From IMG/VR virus record IMGVR_UViG_3300046504_000195, positions 1 to 54,933 of that record: DNA of 54,933 nt. One strand, 5' to 3'. The translations under genes and the position numbers were made by a program. How positions within the stretch are numbered: position 1 is the stretch's first letter; each line of letters begins with the position of its first letter. The notes under the pieces were generated by a model. The model worked only from the letters and a program-made list of their open reading frames with translations, did no database searches and was not told the DNA's origin. Below, piece after piece: positions 20,765 to 29,321 of this stretch. This DNA comes from a virus (lineage: Duplodnaviria > Caudoviricetes).

Positions 20765-20913
20765 CTATTTTTGGTTTTGTATAAATATGTAGAATACATA
20801 AAAAAGTCGGGCAAAATTACAATTTTTTTAATAAAAAACAACAATAAAAAATAATTATTTTAAACACATTCAAACATACGTTATTATGGAAGTATTTATA
20901 GGAAATTAAAATT

Positions 20914-21240
20914 ATGAAGGCAAAAAAAGATACAAAACAATTACTTTTTGAAAACATGGAGAAACTCAATCCAACTTTTAAAATTCAAGAAGTAGCACCC
21001 ATTGCTGCCACAAGTACTGCAACACAACAATATGGTCAACAACCTGACGTTACATATGCCGATAGCACATATAAAACAATTGCACCTGCATTAAAACAGA
21101 TCAATACTCCTGAAAAATTTGCTGGAGCATTCAAAGGTTGGTTTCAATACTTGGGATATTCACCACAAGCAGGTAACATGAGCATTCAAAGAGCCAGAAT
21201 GGATGTTGAAAATGCTTTGAAAGGATTGGGTTATAAATAA
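20914..21240 (+). CDS. Hypothetical protein with shared N-terminal motif
   Basis: MKAKKDTKQLLFENMEKLNPTFK; late motif at 20892-20900. Confidence 0.75.
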   Translation: MKAKKDTKQLLFENMEKLNPTFKIQEVAPIAATSTATQQYGQQPDVTYADSTYKTIAPALKQINTPEKFAGAFKGWFQYLGYSPQAGNMSIQRARMDVENALKGLGYK

Positions 21241-21275
21241 AAAATTAAGTTTTTTGAAAAATAATTTGCATTTTG

Positions 21276-21306
21276 TTTGTATTTATAATTTTAATGCATA
21301 TATTTG
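21276..21306 (+). promoter_or_regulatory. Bacteroidota-type sigmaA promoter, tRNA array 1
   Basis: TTTG-N19-TATATTTG. Confidence 0.75.
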
Positions 21307-21338
21307 CACCGTGTAGTTAAACATTTTTAAAGTAGAAG

Positions 21339-21413
21339 ATGATGAAAAATTTCTTACATATCCAGCCCCAACCACAACATCCGCAAGATGCTGAATGGGA
21401 AAGATATGCTTGA
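21339..21413 (+). CDS. Leader peptide 1 (MMKNFLHIQPQPQHPQDAEWERYA)
   Basis: 9 of codons 7-16 are His/Gln/Pro; lies between promoter and terminator upstream of Pro/His/Gln tRNAs. Confidence 0.8.
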   Translation: MMKNFLHIQPQPQHPQDAEWERYA

Positions 21414-21451
21414 AACTTTCATCGAAGTTGGAAAGAATTAAGTTAAACATG

Positions 21452-21479
21452 AACCCCATTCGCAAGAGTGGGGTTTTTT
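21452..21479 (+). terminator. Attenuator terminator 1
   Basis: AACCCCATTC-GCAA-GAGTGGGGTT-TTTT; 5' arm also pairs with GAATGGG at 21393-21399. Confidence 0.85.
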
Positions 21480-21494
21480 CGTTCTTTAATATAT

Positions 21495-21589
21495 CAGGGG
21501 TTGATCGAGTTGGTTGAAGATGCTGGTCTTGGAAGCCAGTGACGGCACAAAGGTAGTGTCGTCCGTGGGTTCGAACCCCACACCCCTGA
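21495..21589 (+). tRNA. tRNA-Pro(TGG) with long variable arm
   Basis: CAGGGGT/ACCCCTG-A; loop CTTGGAA; ~25-nt extra arm. Confidence 0.85.
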
Positions 21590-21595
21590 CAATAA

Positions 21596-21670
21596 CTGGG
21601 TGTTCCGCAGATGGCTATACGGGCGTGTTCCGGAGACACGTGTTCGCAGGTTCAAATCCTGCCATCCAGA
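21596..21670 (+). tRNA. tRNA-Pro(CGG), C33
   Basis: CTGGGTG/CATCCAG; loop TCCGGAG. Confidence 0.85.
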
Positions 21671-21676
21671 CAACAT

Positions 21677-21752
21677 GGTGAAGGTAGTTCAATGGTAGAA
21701 TTCCAGATTGTGGTTCTGGTAGTTGCGGGTTCGAGTCCCGTCCTTCACCCCA
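21677..21752 (+). tRNA. tRNA-His(GTG)
   Basis: G-1, 8-bp acceptor stem, loop TTGTGGT, CCA. Confidence 0.93.
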
Positions 21753-21838
21753 AAATATCGTCAGAAAATACGATAATTTGAAAATATCGTGTGTAGATAG
21801 CATAAACAGTATTTATGCATTAAAAGCACGATAAATTT

Positions 21839-21914
21839 CGGGATGTGGTGTAGTTGGTAACATGCGTGCTTTGGGAGCATGAGACCGTGGGTTCGAGTCC
21901 CGCCATCCCGACCA
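21839..21914 (+). tRNA. tRNA-Pro(TGG)
   Basis: CGGGATG/CATCCCG-ACCA; loop TTTGGGA. Confidence 0.95.
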
Positions 21915-21917
21915 TAT

Positions 21918-21993
21918 GGTGATTGTAGAGGAATTGGTAGACTCTCCTGACTGTGAATCAGGAATCTTGCGGGTTCGAGTCCCGTCTTTCACC
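21918..21993 (+). tRNA. tRNA-His(GTG), second copy
   Basis: Loop CTGTGAA; two acceptor-stem mismatches. Confidence 0.8.
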
Positions 21994-22007
21994 CAAATAT
22001 TGACGTT

Positions 22008-22148
22008 ATGAGAAAAGGTAACAAACAAAATGCTTTCCTTAATGGCGAATGGGCAGCACACATGCGTAAATGGGGTAAATTTTTCACCGCCAAGGCACGT
22101 AGAACTGTCGATAAAAAAGTTATCAGGGAAGAACTTAAAAATGCATGA
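22008..22148 (+). CDS. Small basic hypothetical protein (46 aa)
   Basis: MRKGNKQNAFLNGEWAAHMRKWGK... between tRNAs. Confidence 0.55.
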   Translation: MRKGNKQNAFLNGEWAAHMRKWGKFFTAKARRTVDKKVIREELKNA

Positions 22149-22192
22149 TAAAATAATGTGATATTTTAAATTATCACGCATTTAAGTGATAT

Positions 22193-22265
22193 TGTCTTAT
22201 GGTGTAATTGGCAACACGTTTGACTCTGAATCAAAAGAGTGGGGGTTCGAAACCCTCTAAGACAA
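22193..22265 (+). tRNA. tRNA-Gln(CTG)
   Basis: TGTCTTA/TAAGACA; loop CTCTGAA. Confidence 0.9.
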
Positions 22266-22316
22266 CAATAGATTTTTTGCAATAAGTACTGAAAAACGGT
22301 CCTTTGCGCAAAATAT

Positions 22317-22399
22317 TGCCCTCTGGCAGAATGGTTATTGCATCGGTCTTTGAAGCCGACACTCATCAGGGTTTGTGGGTTCGAGTCCCACGGGGGCGA
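22317..22399 (+). tRNA. tRNA-Gln(TTG) with long variable arm
   Basis: Loop CTTTGAA; ~15-nt extra arm. Confidence 0.8.
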
Positions 22400-22414
22400 C
22401 AATGAAATTTATAT

Positions 22415-22488
22415 TGTCCTTTGGTGTAATTGGTTAACACATCTGATTTTGATTCAGGCGAGTGTAGGTTCGAGTCCTACAAGGACAA
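22415..22488 (+). tRNA. tRNA-Gln(TTG)
   Basis: TGTCCTT/AAGGACA; loop TTTTGAT. Confidence 0.9.
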
Positions 22489-23175
22489 CTAATTTATAAT
22501 TTTGATTCTTTGAGGATCAAAAACCATTCTAACTGTTGATTTGGTCACACCACCTTGATAACTATCAAGAACTCCAAGTACATCTACAATATCATAACCC
22601 AATTGTTGTGCAATTACTGCCAGATCATCTGTTGTAAGTTTAGTTCCATTTCCGGTGATTGTATCTTGAAACATTTGTAAATATTTATCAATTGTACCAT
22701 CATCAATACCATCATCATTCAATGCTTTTCTCACAGCATCAATACGAATTCCTCTGAATTTTTCACCATGCGCAGGAACTTGTAGTATTTTACCACTATC
22801 ATCTATATTGACTTTGATTGTGTTTGGAATTGATTCCTGATAATCAAATGCTCTTTTATCGTTTGCATATGTATTTGCAACACCATAATTGTCTGTAAAA
22901 AATATTGGTTTTTTAAACGGCATTCTACCATGCAGAGTTCCGGCATCTTTTAAAAGTTCAAAATATAATTTTTCGTCACCTGCTTCTCTTGCTTTCTGCA
23001 TTCCTGCCTGCAATTCGTTCCATTTTTGAGGATCAGTAATATAAGTTGCAGTACTGGTCCTTGGAACAAAATTACCTGCCTTTTTAACATCTCTGATATC
23101 AGGAGTACCATGATACCAAACCTTGTTTTGGACCACTTCAGCAATTACCTCATTTATAATATTGACAATATTCAT
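22489..23175 (-). CDS. Possible ADP-ribosyltransferase-like protein
   Basis: WYHGT, IFFTDN..VA.TYA, GYD, VFDPQRIK resemble phage ART-like domains. Confidence 0.5.
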   Translation of the reverse strand: MNIVNIINEVIAEVVQNKVWYHGTPDIRDVKKAGNFVPRTSTATYITDPQKWNELQAGMQKAREAGDEKLYFELLKDAGTLHGRMPFKKPIFFTDNYGVANTYANDKRAFDYQESIPNTIKVNIDDSGKILQVPAHGEKFRGIRIDAVRKALNDDGIDDGTIDKYLQMFQDTITGNGTKLTTDDLAVIAQQLGYDIVDVLGVLDSYQGGVTKSTVRMVFDPQRIKIIN

Positions 23176-23193
23176 ATAAATAAATACTAAAAT

Positions 23194-23224
23194 TTGTAAC
23201 ATATTGTATTTATTTTCGTATAAT
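23194..23224 (+). promoter_or_regulatory. ECF-like promoter (2 mismatches)
   Basis: TTGTAACATAT-N10-TTCGTATAAT. Confidence 0.6.
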
Positions 23225-23242
23225 TGCACAAACAAATTAACA

Positions 23243-23626
23243 ATGGGATACAAATTATTTCTTGACGATTTCCGTGAGCCACGTGATGCATTCTTTTATA
23301 AAGGGTTTCCAATATATAATGAGGATGATTGGACTGTCGTGCGTAATTATTCGGAATTCGTTAAAGTAATTGAAGAACTTGGAATTCCTGAAGCAGTTAG
23401 TTTTGACCATGATTTGGCAGATGTTCATTATGAAAAATCGTCATTCAATTATGACGATGAAAATTTGGAAAAGACCGGATATCATTGTGCCAAATGGTTG
23501 ATCTATTATTGTATTGACAACAAAAAAGAACTTCCTGCAATCATTTTAGTTCATTCAATGAATACTGCAGGAAGTCAGAATATTTGGTCATTATTTAATA
23601 GTTATTGGAAATCACTTAAAATGTAA
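23243..23626 (+). CDS. Cyclic-phosphate-processing receiver-like domain protein
   Basis: LFLDD.R.P, VRNY.EF, SFDHDL, TGY.CAKWL, VHSMN. Confidence 0.75.
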   Translation: MGYKLFLDDFREPRDAFFYKGFPIYNEDDWTVVRNYSEFVKVIEELGIPEAVSFDHDLADVHYEKSSFNYDDENLEKTGYHCAKWLIYYCIDNKKELPAIILVHSMNTAGSQNIWSLFNSYWKSLKM

Positions 23627-23629
23627 TTA

Positions 23630-24103
23630 TTATGAGATGGGTTTATCATTAATAATATCTTTATTTTCCAAAATATTGGGTTTTTTATTTTCTAAGTCTT
23701 TGAGTCTCTGATCTTCTAAATCTCTAAGTCTCTGATCATGATCCAAAAGTTTCTTATGAATTATAATTAACTCCAAACTAATGCTTTTTACTTCTAATTT
23801 TAATTCCTTGATTTCAACTTTTGTTTCTTTCATTTCAATTCGTAATTCTTTAATGTCTCTCTTGATTTCCAAAATGGCTTCCATAACAGCATCCATTTTA
23901 AGATGAAAAGAGGCATTATTATCAATAAGAATTTCAGCCAAGAAACGTTGATTTTCACTGAGTTTATCCTTTAAATAACCAATAACACCATCAAATTCTC
24001 TTTTAATAAACTGACGATCTCCGCCAGTAAGTGTTATACCCGACATGCCCTTTTCTGACATAGTTGGTTGCTCAATTAATTCTTGTACTGTCTTTTTTGC
24101 CAT
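23630..24103 (-). CDS. Coiled-coil hypothetical protein
   Basis: Heptad-rich C-terminal half. Confidence 0.7.
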   Translation of the reverse strand: MAKKTVQELIEQPTMSEKGMSGITLTGGDRQFIKREFDGVIGYLKDKLSENQRFLAEILIDNNASFHLKMDAVMEAILEIKRDIKELRIEMKETKVEIKELKLEVKSISLELIIIHKKLLDHDQRLRDLEDQRLKDLENKKPNILENKDIINDKPIS

Positions 24104-24157
24104 TTTGTTTAATTACTTTAATGTTGTAGATATGCTTTATACTATCTACTGATGGTA

Positions 24158-24529
24158 TTATTTGTTGTTTTTTTTTAATTCTTCAATAAAATTATCTAAA
24201 TCTTGTTTTGTTGCTAATCTATTGTTTCTAATAAAATTAGTTACAGCATTTGTAAGATTTTCCTGGCTTCTTTGCACTTGATTTACTTTACCTTCAAGTA
24301 CTGCCAAGCCATTTAATTTCAACAGTATTGAATCTCTGATAACTCTGTCTTGCTGTTGATTCTGAATTACAGTCTCAACTTTATCCTTGACAATAACTGC
24401 ACTGCTATCTTTCTTGGTAAAGTAAGCACTTACAAGCCAAATACTTGCAGCAAAACCAAAGACTGCAGAAAAAGTCACCATGACTTTAAATGCTTTTTTA
24501 AATGTACCATTTGTTGTACCTGTTGTCAT
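24158..24529 (-). CDS. Membrane-anchored coiled-coil protein
   Basis: N-terminal TM helix. Confidence 0.65.
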   Translation of the reverse strand: MTTGTTNGTFKKAFKVMVTFSAVFGFAASIWLVSAYFTKKDSSAVIVKDKVETVIQNQQQDRVIRDSILLKLNGLAVLEGKVNQVQRSQENLTNAVTNFIRNNRLATKQDLDNFIEELKKNNK

Positions 24530-24628
24530 TTTGAAATTTTATGTTAAACTATTCAATAATAAATAGTCAAATATTTCATAAAATAACACAAATTTTAGTG
24601 ATTATTATCATAACATAAAATTACTCAA

Positions 24629-25720
24629 TTATCTTCTTGTACCTGAAGTTCTTGAAGAACTTGAACCACCAGAATTTGAACCACTACCCGAACTTCTGTT
24701 GGCACTACCGGAATTATATGAACCACTTGAATAGTTAGAACTTCTATTAACATTGCCAGAATTATAACTTCTTGATGGCTGTGAATATGTTGAACTTCTT
24801 GAAGGTACAGAATAATTGCGTGATTGAGTACTTCTTTGATTATTTGATTGAATATAAGTACGTCTTTCCGTATTTGCCTGAGTACGTGATTGAGTATTTA
24901 CTTGAGACCTTCTATTCAATATGTTATTATCAATACGTGAATTATTATATTGAGGTCTTGTATTCATACGTGGATTATTGTAGGAAGGTTGATATGACCT
25001 TCTGTTTGCTTGATACGTTGCTTTTGTTTGTGGTTGGACCACACGTCTATTAATATTTGATGAACTTTCTTGACGAATATGTGCATATCCATGATTACTA
25101 TTATATCCATTACCACCATTATTCCAATTATGATTGTGAGTATACCAATTATGATTGCCGGACCAATTATGATTATGTCTCCAAGGACTCCAATTAGAAT
25201 ACCACCAATTATTGAATCCGAAACCAAAACCGAAATCATTATAATACCAAGGATTCCAGAATGAACTTCCCATGAATCCATATTCCCAATTCCAATTATC
25301 CATCATCCAATAGTTATTATAAAACCAAGGGTCTGAATACATCCAATAATTAAAACCGCCATGATAGAACCTTCCAATATTATATGAGTATAAAAAAGGG
25401 TCGTATTCATAATAATTAACATTGATATTAGGATTTTCTTTTACGAGTGTATCTACGATTGCTCTTAACGTGTCTTCAGTATTAACTCTTTTGTGTTTTT
25501 TGATTTTTTGAGCATCTTTATTTGGTTGATAATACAAATCATCATATTCAGGTTTTACTGAAGTAATTTGATTTTCTGTTGCATTATTACTTGAAGTCAT
25601 TTGACTTTTTGTAATCGAGTCTTCCCTGGCTTGCCAATATTTTTCATAATTGGATATTTTCTGTGCTGATAATGTGAACGTTAAAAGCACAAGTACGATT
25701 GATAATAGTAGTTTTTTCAT
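24629..25720 (-). CDS. Secreted Bacteroidota-like low-complexity protein
   Basis: Signal peptide MKKLLLSIVLVLLTFTLSAQ, YDDLYY motif, W/Y/G-rich middle, S/R/N-rich tail. Confidence 0.7.
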   Translation of the reverse strand: MKKLLLSIVLVLLTFTLSAQKISNYEKYWQAREDSITKSQMTSSNNATENQITSVKPEYDDLYYQPNKDAQKIKKHKRVNTEDTLRAIVDTLVKENPNINVNYYEYDPFLYSYNIGRFYHGGFNYWMYSDPWFYNNYWMMDNWNWEYGFMGSSFWNPWYYNDFGFGFGFNNWWYSNWSPWRHNHNWSGNHNWYTHNHNWNNGGNGYNSNHGYAHIRQESSSNINRRVVQPQTKATYQANRRSYQPSYNNPRMNTRPQYNNSRIDNNILNRRSQVNTQSRTQANTERRTYIQSNNQRSTQSRNYSVPSRSSTYSQPSRSYNSGNVNRSSNYSSGSYNSGSANRSSGSGSNSGGSSSSRTSGTRR

Positions 25721-25806
25721 TTTTATATATATTATATGTATATAAATAGCAATATTCATACCAAAGTTTTTCTATCTTTAAGGTGTATTTATAAGAAATT
25801 CAAATT

Positions 25807-26739
25807 ATGAAGGCAAAAAAAGATACTAAGCAATTGTTATTTGAAAACATGGCTAAATTAAACCCAACCTTTAAGCCAAAATTAAATGAAGATATGGGTT
25901 ATAGTTATGAACCACCAATGTTAAAATCACAACCAAATGATTCTTACAAAAAAATAATGAGTGATTTTCCTGGTCATGCTAAAAGTGCTAATCCAATTGA
26001 TTCTCCACAATATAAATGGTATCAACGTGTATCGAAGTTTATTCAAGGTAATAATAATGTAAATGAAAAGGCAGAATTAGTTAAATTTTTTCAAAACAAT
26101 TTTTTGGGTATGGATTATGACATACTTCAAACACCTGCAGAAACTGTGAGTTGGTGGTTATCTCCCGAACAACAAGAATTTATAAAAGATGAAATGAATA
26201 CTCCAAAAGACAGTAATGATGATTTAAACGAAGATAGTGAATTTCAAGAAAAAATTAAAAATGGTGATGTTTGGTTAGATTACTATGCACCTTCAGATAG
26301 TGAAGAATATACCGATGGACAATTTTGGTATAATAGAAGTGGTCAGGCAATGAGAGACCCTGAAGAATATAATCCACATAGTGATGGATATACACCATTT
26401 GGTGATGAAAGTGTGGTTAAGGAATCTCCTATGTTTGGTGGAGAAAAGGTATCGCAGGATCAATATGATGAACTTCAATACGATAAAGCCAATATGGAAA
26501 AAGCAATGGGTGATGCATTCAAAACACCTGAAGGTTATCAAATGAAACATCCTGCAAATCCTGGTGAAACCATTCAATTAAAAGATGGTGATAATGTATT
26601 AGTGAAAAGTATAGATCAAGCAACTGGAAATATTAACGTGAGATTATTTTTTAATGATAAAGATGCAATAAAATTCTCACCAAAAGGATATGCTGATGTT
26701 AGTTGGAGTCCGGTACAATTCGATACAATTGTTGGTTAG
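25807..26739 (+). CDS. Hypothetical protein with shared N-terminal motif
   Basis: MKAKKDTKQLLFENMAKLNPTFKPKLNE; late motif at 25785-25793. Confidence 0.75.
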   Translation: MKAKKDTKQLLFENMAKLNPTFKPKLNEDMGYSYEPPMLKSQPNDSYKKIMSDFPGHAKSANPIDSPQYKWYQRVSKFIQGNNNVNEKAELVKFFQNNFLGMDYDILQTPAETVSWWLSPEQQEFIKDEMNTPKDSNDDLNEDSEFQEKIKNGDVWLDYYAPSDSEEYTDGQFWYNRSGQAMRDPEEYNPHSDGYTPFGDESVVKESPMFGGEKVSQDQYDELQYDKANMEKAMGDAFKTPEGYQMKHPANPGETIQLKDGDNVLVKSIDQATGNINVRLFFNDKDAIKFSPKGYADVSWSPVQFDTIVG

Positions 26740-26785
26740 ATTTATTTAGAATCCGTATAAATAATATTACAATACTTTTTGACTT

Positions 26786-27064
26786 ATGAAAAAAGATAGT
26801 AGAGAAAGACTTTTCGAAGTCATGCAAAGGGTTGATAAAACATTCAAACCTAAATTGAATGAAGACTTCGGTGAAGAAAAAGAACTTGTTGTTTCGGAAG
26901 ATATAAATATTGATGTAGAAGTGGGTGACACTATTATGATGGGCAGATTTAAAAATTCGCCAACAGTAGTAAAGTCAATAGGAAAAGACGAACATGGTAT
27001 GCCAATTATTAACGGTAAGAAAGTAGTAACATTTAGAAAGGCTACTGAAAAAAATAAAAAATAA
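26786..27064 (+). CDS. Hypothetical protein with shared N-terminal motif
   Basis: RERLFEVMQRVDKTFKPKLNE. Confidence 0.75.
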   Translation: MKKDSRERLFEVMQRVDKTFKPKLNEDFGEEKELVVSEDINIDVEVGDTIMMGRFKNSPTVVKSIGKDEHGMPIINGKKVVTFRKATEKNKK

Positions 27065-27096
27065 TTTAAATTTTTTTAAAAATAATTGAAAAAATA

Positions 27097-27126
27097 TTTG
27101 GAATTAAGAAAACTTTATTATCTTTG
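27097..27126 (+). promoter_or_regulatory. Bacteroidota-type promoter, tRNA array 2
   Basis: TTTG-N18-TATCTTTG. Confidence 0.75.
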
Positions 27127-27170
27127 CCGAGTATTTAATTGAAAGAAACAACGAATTTAATAACAAAACA

Positions 27171-27263
27171 ATGAAAAGGTTATTCGACATATTGGTAGCA
27201 GTCCTCATGGTGGATGTCCTATTATGGGCAGCCGAAGAGGATAAGTTATGCACTGTCGGGTAA
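27171..27263 (+). CDS. Leader peptide 2 (MKRLFDILVAVLMVDVLLWAAEEDKLCTVG)
   Basis: 17 of codons 6-24 are D/E/L/V/A/W. Confidence 0.8.
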   Translation: MKRLFDILVAVLMVDVLLWAAEEDKLCTVG

Positions 27264-27295
27264 TACTTGAATATTACACTCCTTTCTTTTACAAG

Positions 27296-27332
27296 AAAAA
27301 AACCCGACTACTCATAACAGTCGGGTTTTTTT
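27296..27332 (+). terminator. Attenuator terminator 2
   Basis: AACCCGACT...AGTCGGGTT-TTTTT; 5' arm also pairs with GTCGGGT at 27255-27261. Confidence 0.85.
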
Positions 27333-27348
27333 ATGCAAGAAAGGAGAG

Positions 27349-27360
27349 GTTCTTTGACAT
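27349..27360 (+). promoter_or_regulatory. boxA-like element
   Basis: GTTCTTTGACAT just before the first tRNA. Confidence 0.55.
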
Positions 27361-27372
27361 GTTGGAAATTTC

Positions 27373-27442
27373 GAGGTCGTAGTTTAATGGTTAGAATATC
27401 GCACTGTCTATGCGAGGAAGGGGTTCGAATCCCACGGCTTCG
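27373..27442 (+). tRNA. tRNA-Asp(GTC)
   Basis: GAGGTCG/CGGCTTC-G; loop CTGTCTA. Confidence 0.85.
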
Positions 27443-27504
27443 GCATACTTGTTTATTTGATATTTATTTATTATTTTTGTCGAACACTAAGTATTTATAT
27501 TTAA

Positions 27505-28155
27505 ATGACAGACATGAATAAAATAATATTGGAAAAAACAATAAAAGAATCTATATCATTTTCTGACGTATCGAGAAAGATATATGGAAATAATTTATGT
27601 GGTAATAGACAAACAATAAAAAAATATGTGAAACAATATAATATAGATATTTCACATTTCATTCAAATACCGCAAAAACATAATTTTCGTTCTAAAAGAG
27701 AACTTTCCGAAATATTGGTGGAGCATTCGATTTTTGATACAACAAATTTAAAAAATCGTTTATATTATGAAGGATTAAAAAAACGAATTTGTGAAAAATG
27801 TGGACAAGACGAAAATTGGCACGGTGAACACATAAGTTTAATTCTTGATCATATTAATGGTATAAATGATGATTTAAGAATAGAAAATTTAAGAATACTT
27901 TGTCCTAATTGTAACGCAACATTACCCACACATGGTGGCAAAAACGTAAAGCATAAATCAAAAGAAAAAATAAATAAACTTAGAAATTCTCAAAAAGTAT
28001 CTATGTCTCAACGAAAAGTAATGCGTCCACCACATGAACAACTTCAAAACGAAATAAATGAATTAGGATTTACAGGAACTGGAAAAAAATATGGTGTAAG
28101 TGATAATGCAATAAGAAAATGGATTAAATTTTATAATAAACATACACTCTCGTAG
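27505..28155 (+). CDS. HNH endonuclease (free-standing, homing-type)
   Basis: CEKC..LILDHINGINDDLRIENLRILCPNC; C-terminal HTH. Confidence 0.88.
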   Translation: MTDMNKIILEKTIKESISFSDVSRKIYGNNLCGNRQTIKKYVKQYNIDISHFIQIPQKHNFRSKRELSEILVEHSIFDTTNLKNRLYYEGLKKRICEKCGQDENWHGEHISLILDHINGINDDLRIENLRILCPNCNATLPTHGGKNVKHKSKEKINKLRNSQKVSMSQRKVMRPPHEQLQNEINELGFTGTGKKYGVSDNAIRKWIKFYNKHTLS

Positions 28156-28220
28156 GCTTCTTGGTGAAGAACTTGGCTGTCACCCATGTAAAACAGACGG
28201 ATCGTAACCGTTCGGGAGTG
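28146..28220 (+). tRNA. tRNA-Asp(GTC), atypical T loop
   Basis: ACTCTCG/CGGGAGT-G; loop CTGTCAC; T loop ATCGTAA. Confidence 0.7.
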
Positions 28221-28227
28221 CAAAAAT

Positions 28228-28299
28228 GCTCGGTTCTTCTAATGGTCCGGAAAGTAGACTCTCAATCTACGAATAGCAGTTCGATTCTGCTACCGAGTA
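28228..28299 (+). tRNA. tRNA-Glu(CTC)
   Basis: GCTCGGT/ACCGAGT; loop CTCTCAA. Confidence 0.9.
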
Positions 28300-28307
28300 C
28301 AAAAAAT

Positions 28308-28390
28308 GCTGCGTTATACAAGTCCGGTTAAAGTAGGCAGACCTTCAAACTGTCCCGAAAGGTTCGTGGGTTCGAATCCCACACGCAGTA
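28308..28390 (+). tRNA. tRNA-Glu(TTC), long variable arm, C33
   Basis: GCTGCGT/ACGCAGT; loop CCTTCAA; arm CCCGAAAGG. Confidence 0.75.
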
Positions 28391-28395
28391 CAAAA

Positions 28396-28493
28396 TGAAT
28401 CGAAACAACGGCAAGGTACAGCCAAGAGTACAGGATGGTAATGCTTGAAGATATACGAAAACCGCCTTCAAGTTCGAGTGTTTCGATTCACCA
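28396..28493 (+). ncRNA. Structured ncRNA candidate ending in CCA
   Basis: 12-bp TGAATCGAAACA/TGTTTCGATTCA stem followed by CCA; inner CTTGAAG/CTTCAAG hairpin. Confidence 0.5.
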
Positions 28494-28495
28494 AT

Positions 28496-28567
28496 GCTCG
28501 GTTCGTATAAAGGTTAGTACCTAAGACCTTCAATCTTAGTATACGGGTTCGACTCCCGTACCGAGTA
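28496..28567 (+). tRNA. tRNA-Glu(TTC), C33
   Basis: GCTCGGT/ACCGAGT; loop CCTTCAA. Confidence 0.88.
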
Positions 28568-28637
28568 CAAAAAATGTTGCTTTTATTAATCATTATCGTT
28601 ATATTTGCCCAATAATGATTATTAAATCCATCAAATT

Positions 28638-29321
28638 ATGAAAATACTTATTTTAGGTGACGGACTATTGGGATCAGAAATAGTCAAACAAATGGGTTGG
28701 GATTATCTCTCAGTCAACAAAGACGGAATTGATGTCTTAAATGATTTTGGCGGATTTGTGAGTAAGGTATATGAATTTCATCCAACAGTAATAATAAATT
28801 GCATTGGATATACAAAGACATACGATACTGAAAGGCAACATCATTGGGATTTAAACTATGGATTTGTAGTAAAACTTGTAGATATGTGCAATGATTTCGG
28901 ATATAAATTAGTGCATATTTCAACAGATTACATTTACGCCAATAGTAAAAATAAAAAATCTGAAAAAGATATTCCTGTTCATCAGGAAACTTGGTACTCA
29001 TATTGCAAATTAATTTCAGATGCATACGTGCAATTAAAAGCAAGAGATTATCTGATGTTCAGATGTTCATTTAAACCTAAACCCTTTCCATATGAAAAAG
29101 CATTTGTAAATATCATGGGAAATTTTGATTATGTCGATGTTTTGGCAAAACAAATGATTGCCTTAATTATTGAAGAAAGAACAGGCGTTTGGAATATCGG
29201 TACAGAATTTAAATCAGTATATGAATTGGCAATTCAAACACGACAAGTAGTAGATTTTTCTTATTCAAATCAATTGCCAATCATTGAAATGGACCTCAGT
29301 AAATTCAATAATAGAGTATGA
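28638..29321 (+). CDS. RmlD-like NAD(P)-dependent sugar-nucleotide reductase
   Basis: ILILGDGLLG, IINCIG, VHISTDYIY, YSYCK; TATATTTG promoter at 28600. Confidence 0.8.
   Translation: MKILILGDGLLGSEIVKQMGWDYLSVNKDGIDVLNDFGGFVSKVYEFHPTVIINCIGYTKTYDTERQHHWDLNYGFVVKLVDMCNDFGYKLVHISTDYIYANSKNKKSEKDIPVHQETWYSYCKLISDAYVQLKARDYLMFRCSFKPKPFPYEKAFVNIMGNFDYVDVLAKQMIALIIEERTGVWNIGTEFKSVYELAIQTRQVVDFSYSNQLPIIEMDLSKFNNRV

Noticed and set aside
21300-21480. T-box riboswitches as explanation of the leaders
   Set aside because: No UGGNACC T-box bulge or stem I motifs; translated control-codon ORFs explain the pattern better.
21495-21589. tRNA-Sec or tRNA-Ser(GGA)
   Set aside because: 7-bp acceptor stem, loop centres TGG, and C1:G72/A73 indicate Pro.
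21283-22402. Minus-strand ORFs over tRNA array 1 (and similar ORFs at 30100-31009, 41185-41655, 48827-50159)
   Set aside because: They are shadows of GC-rich tRNA genes.
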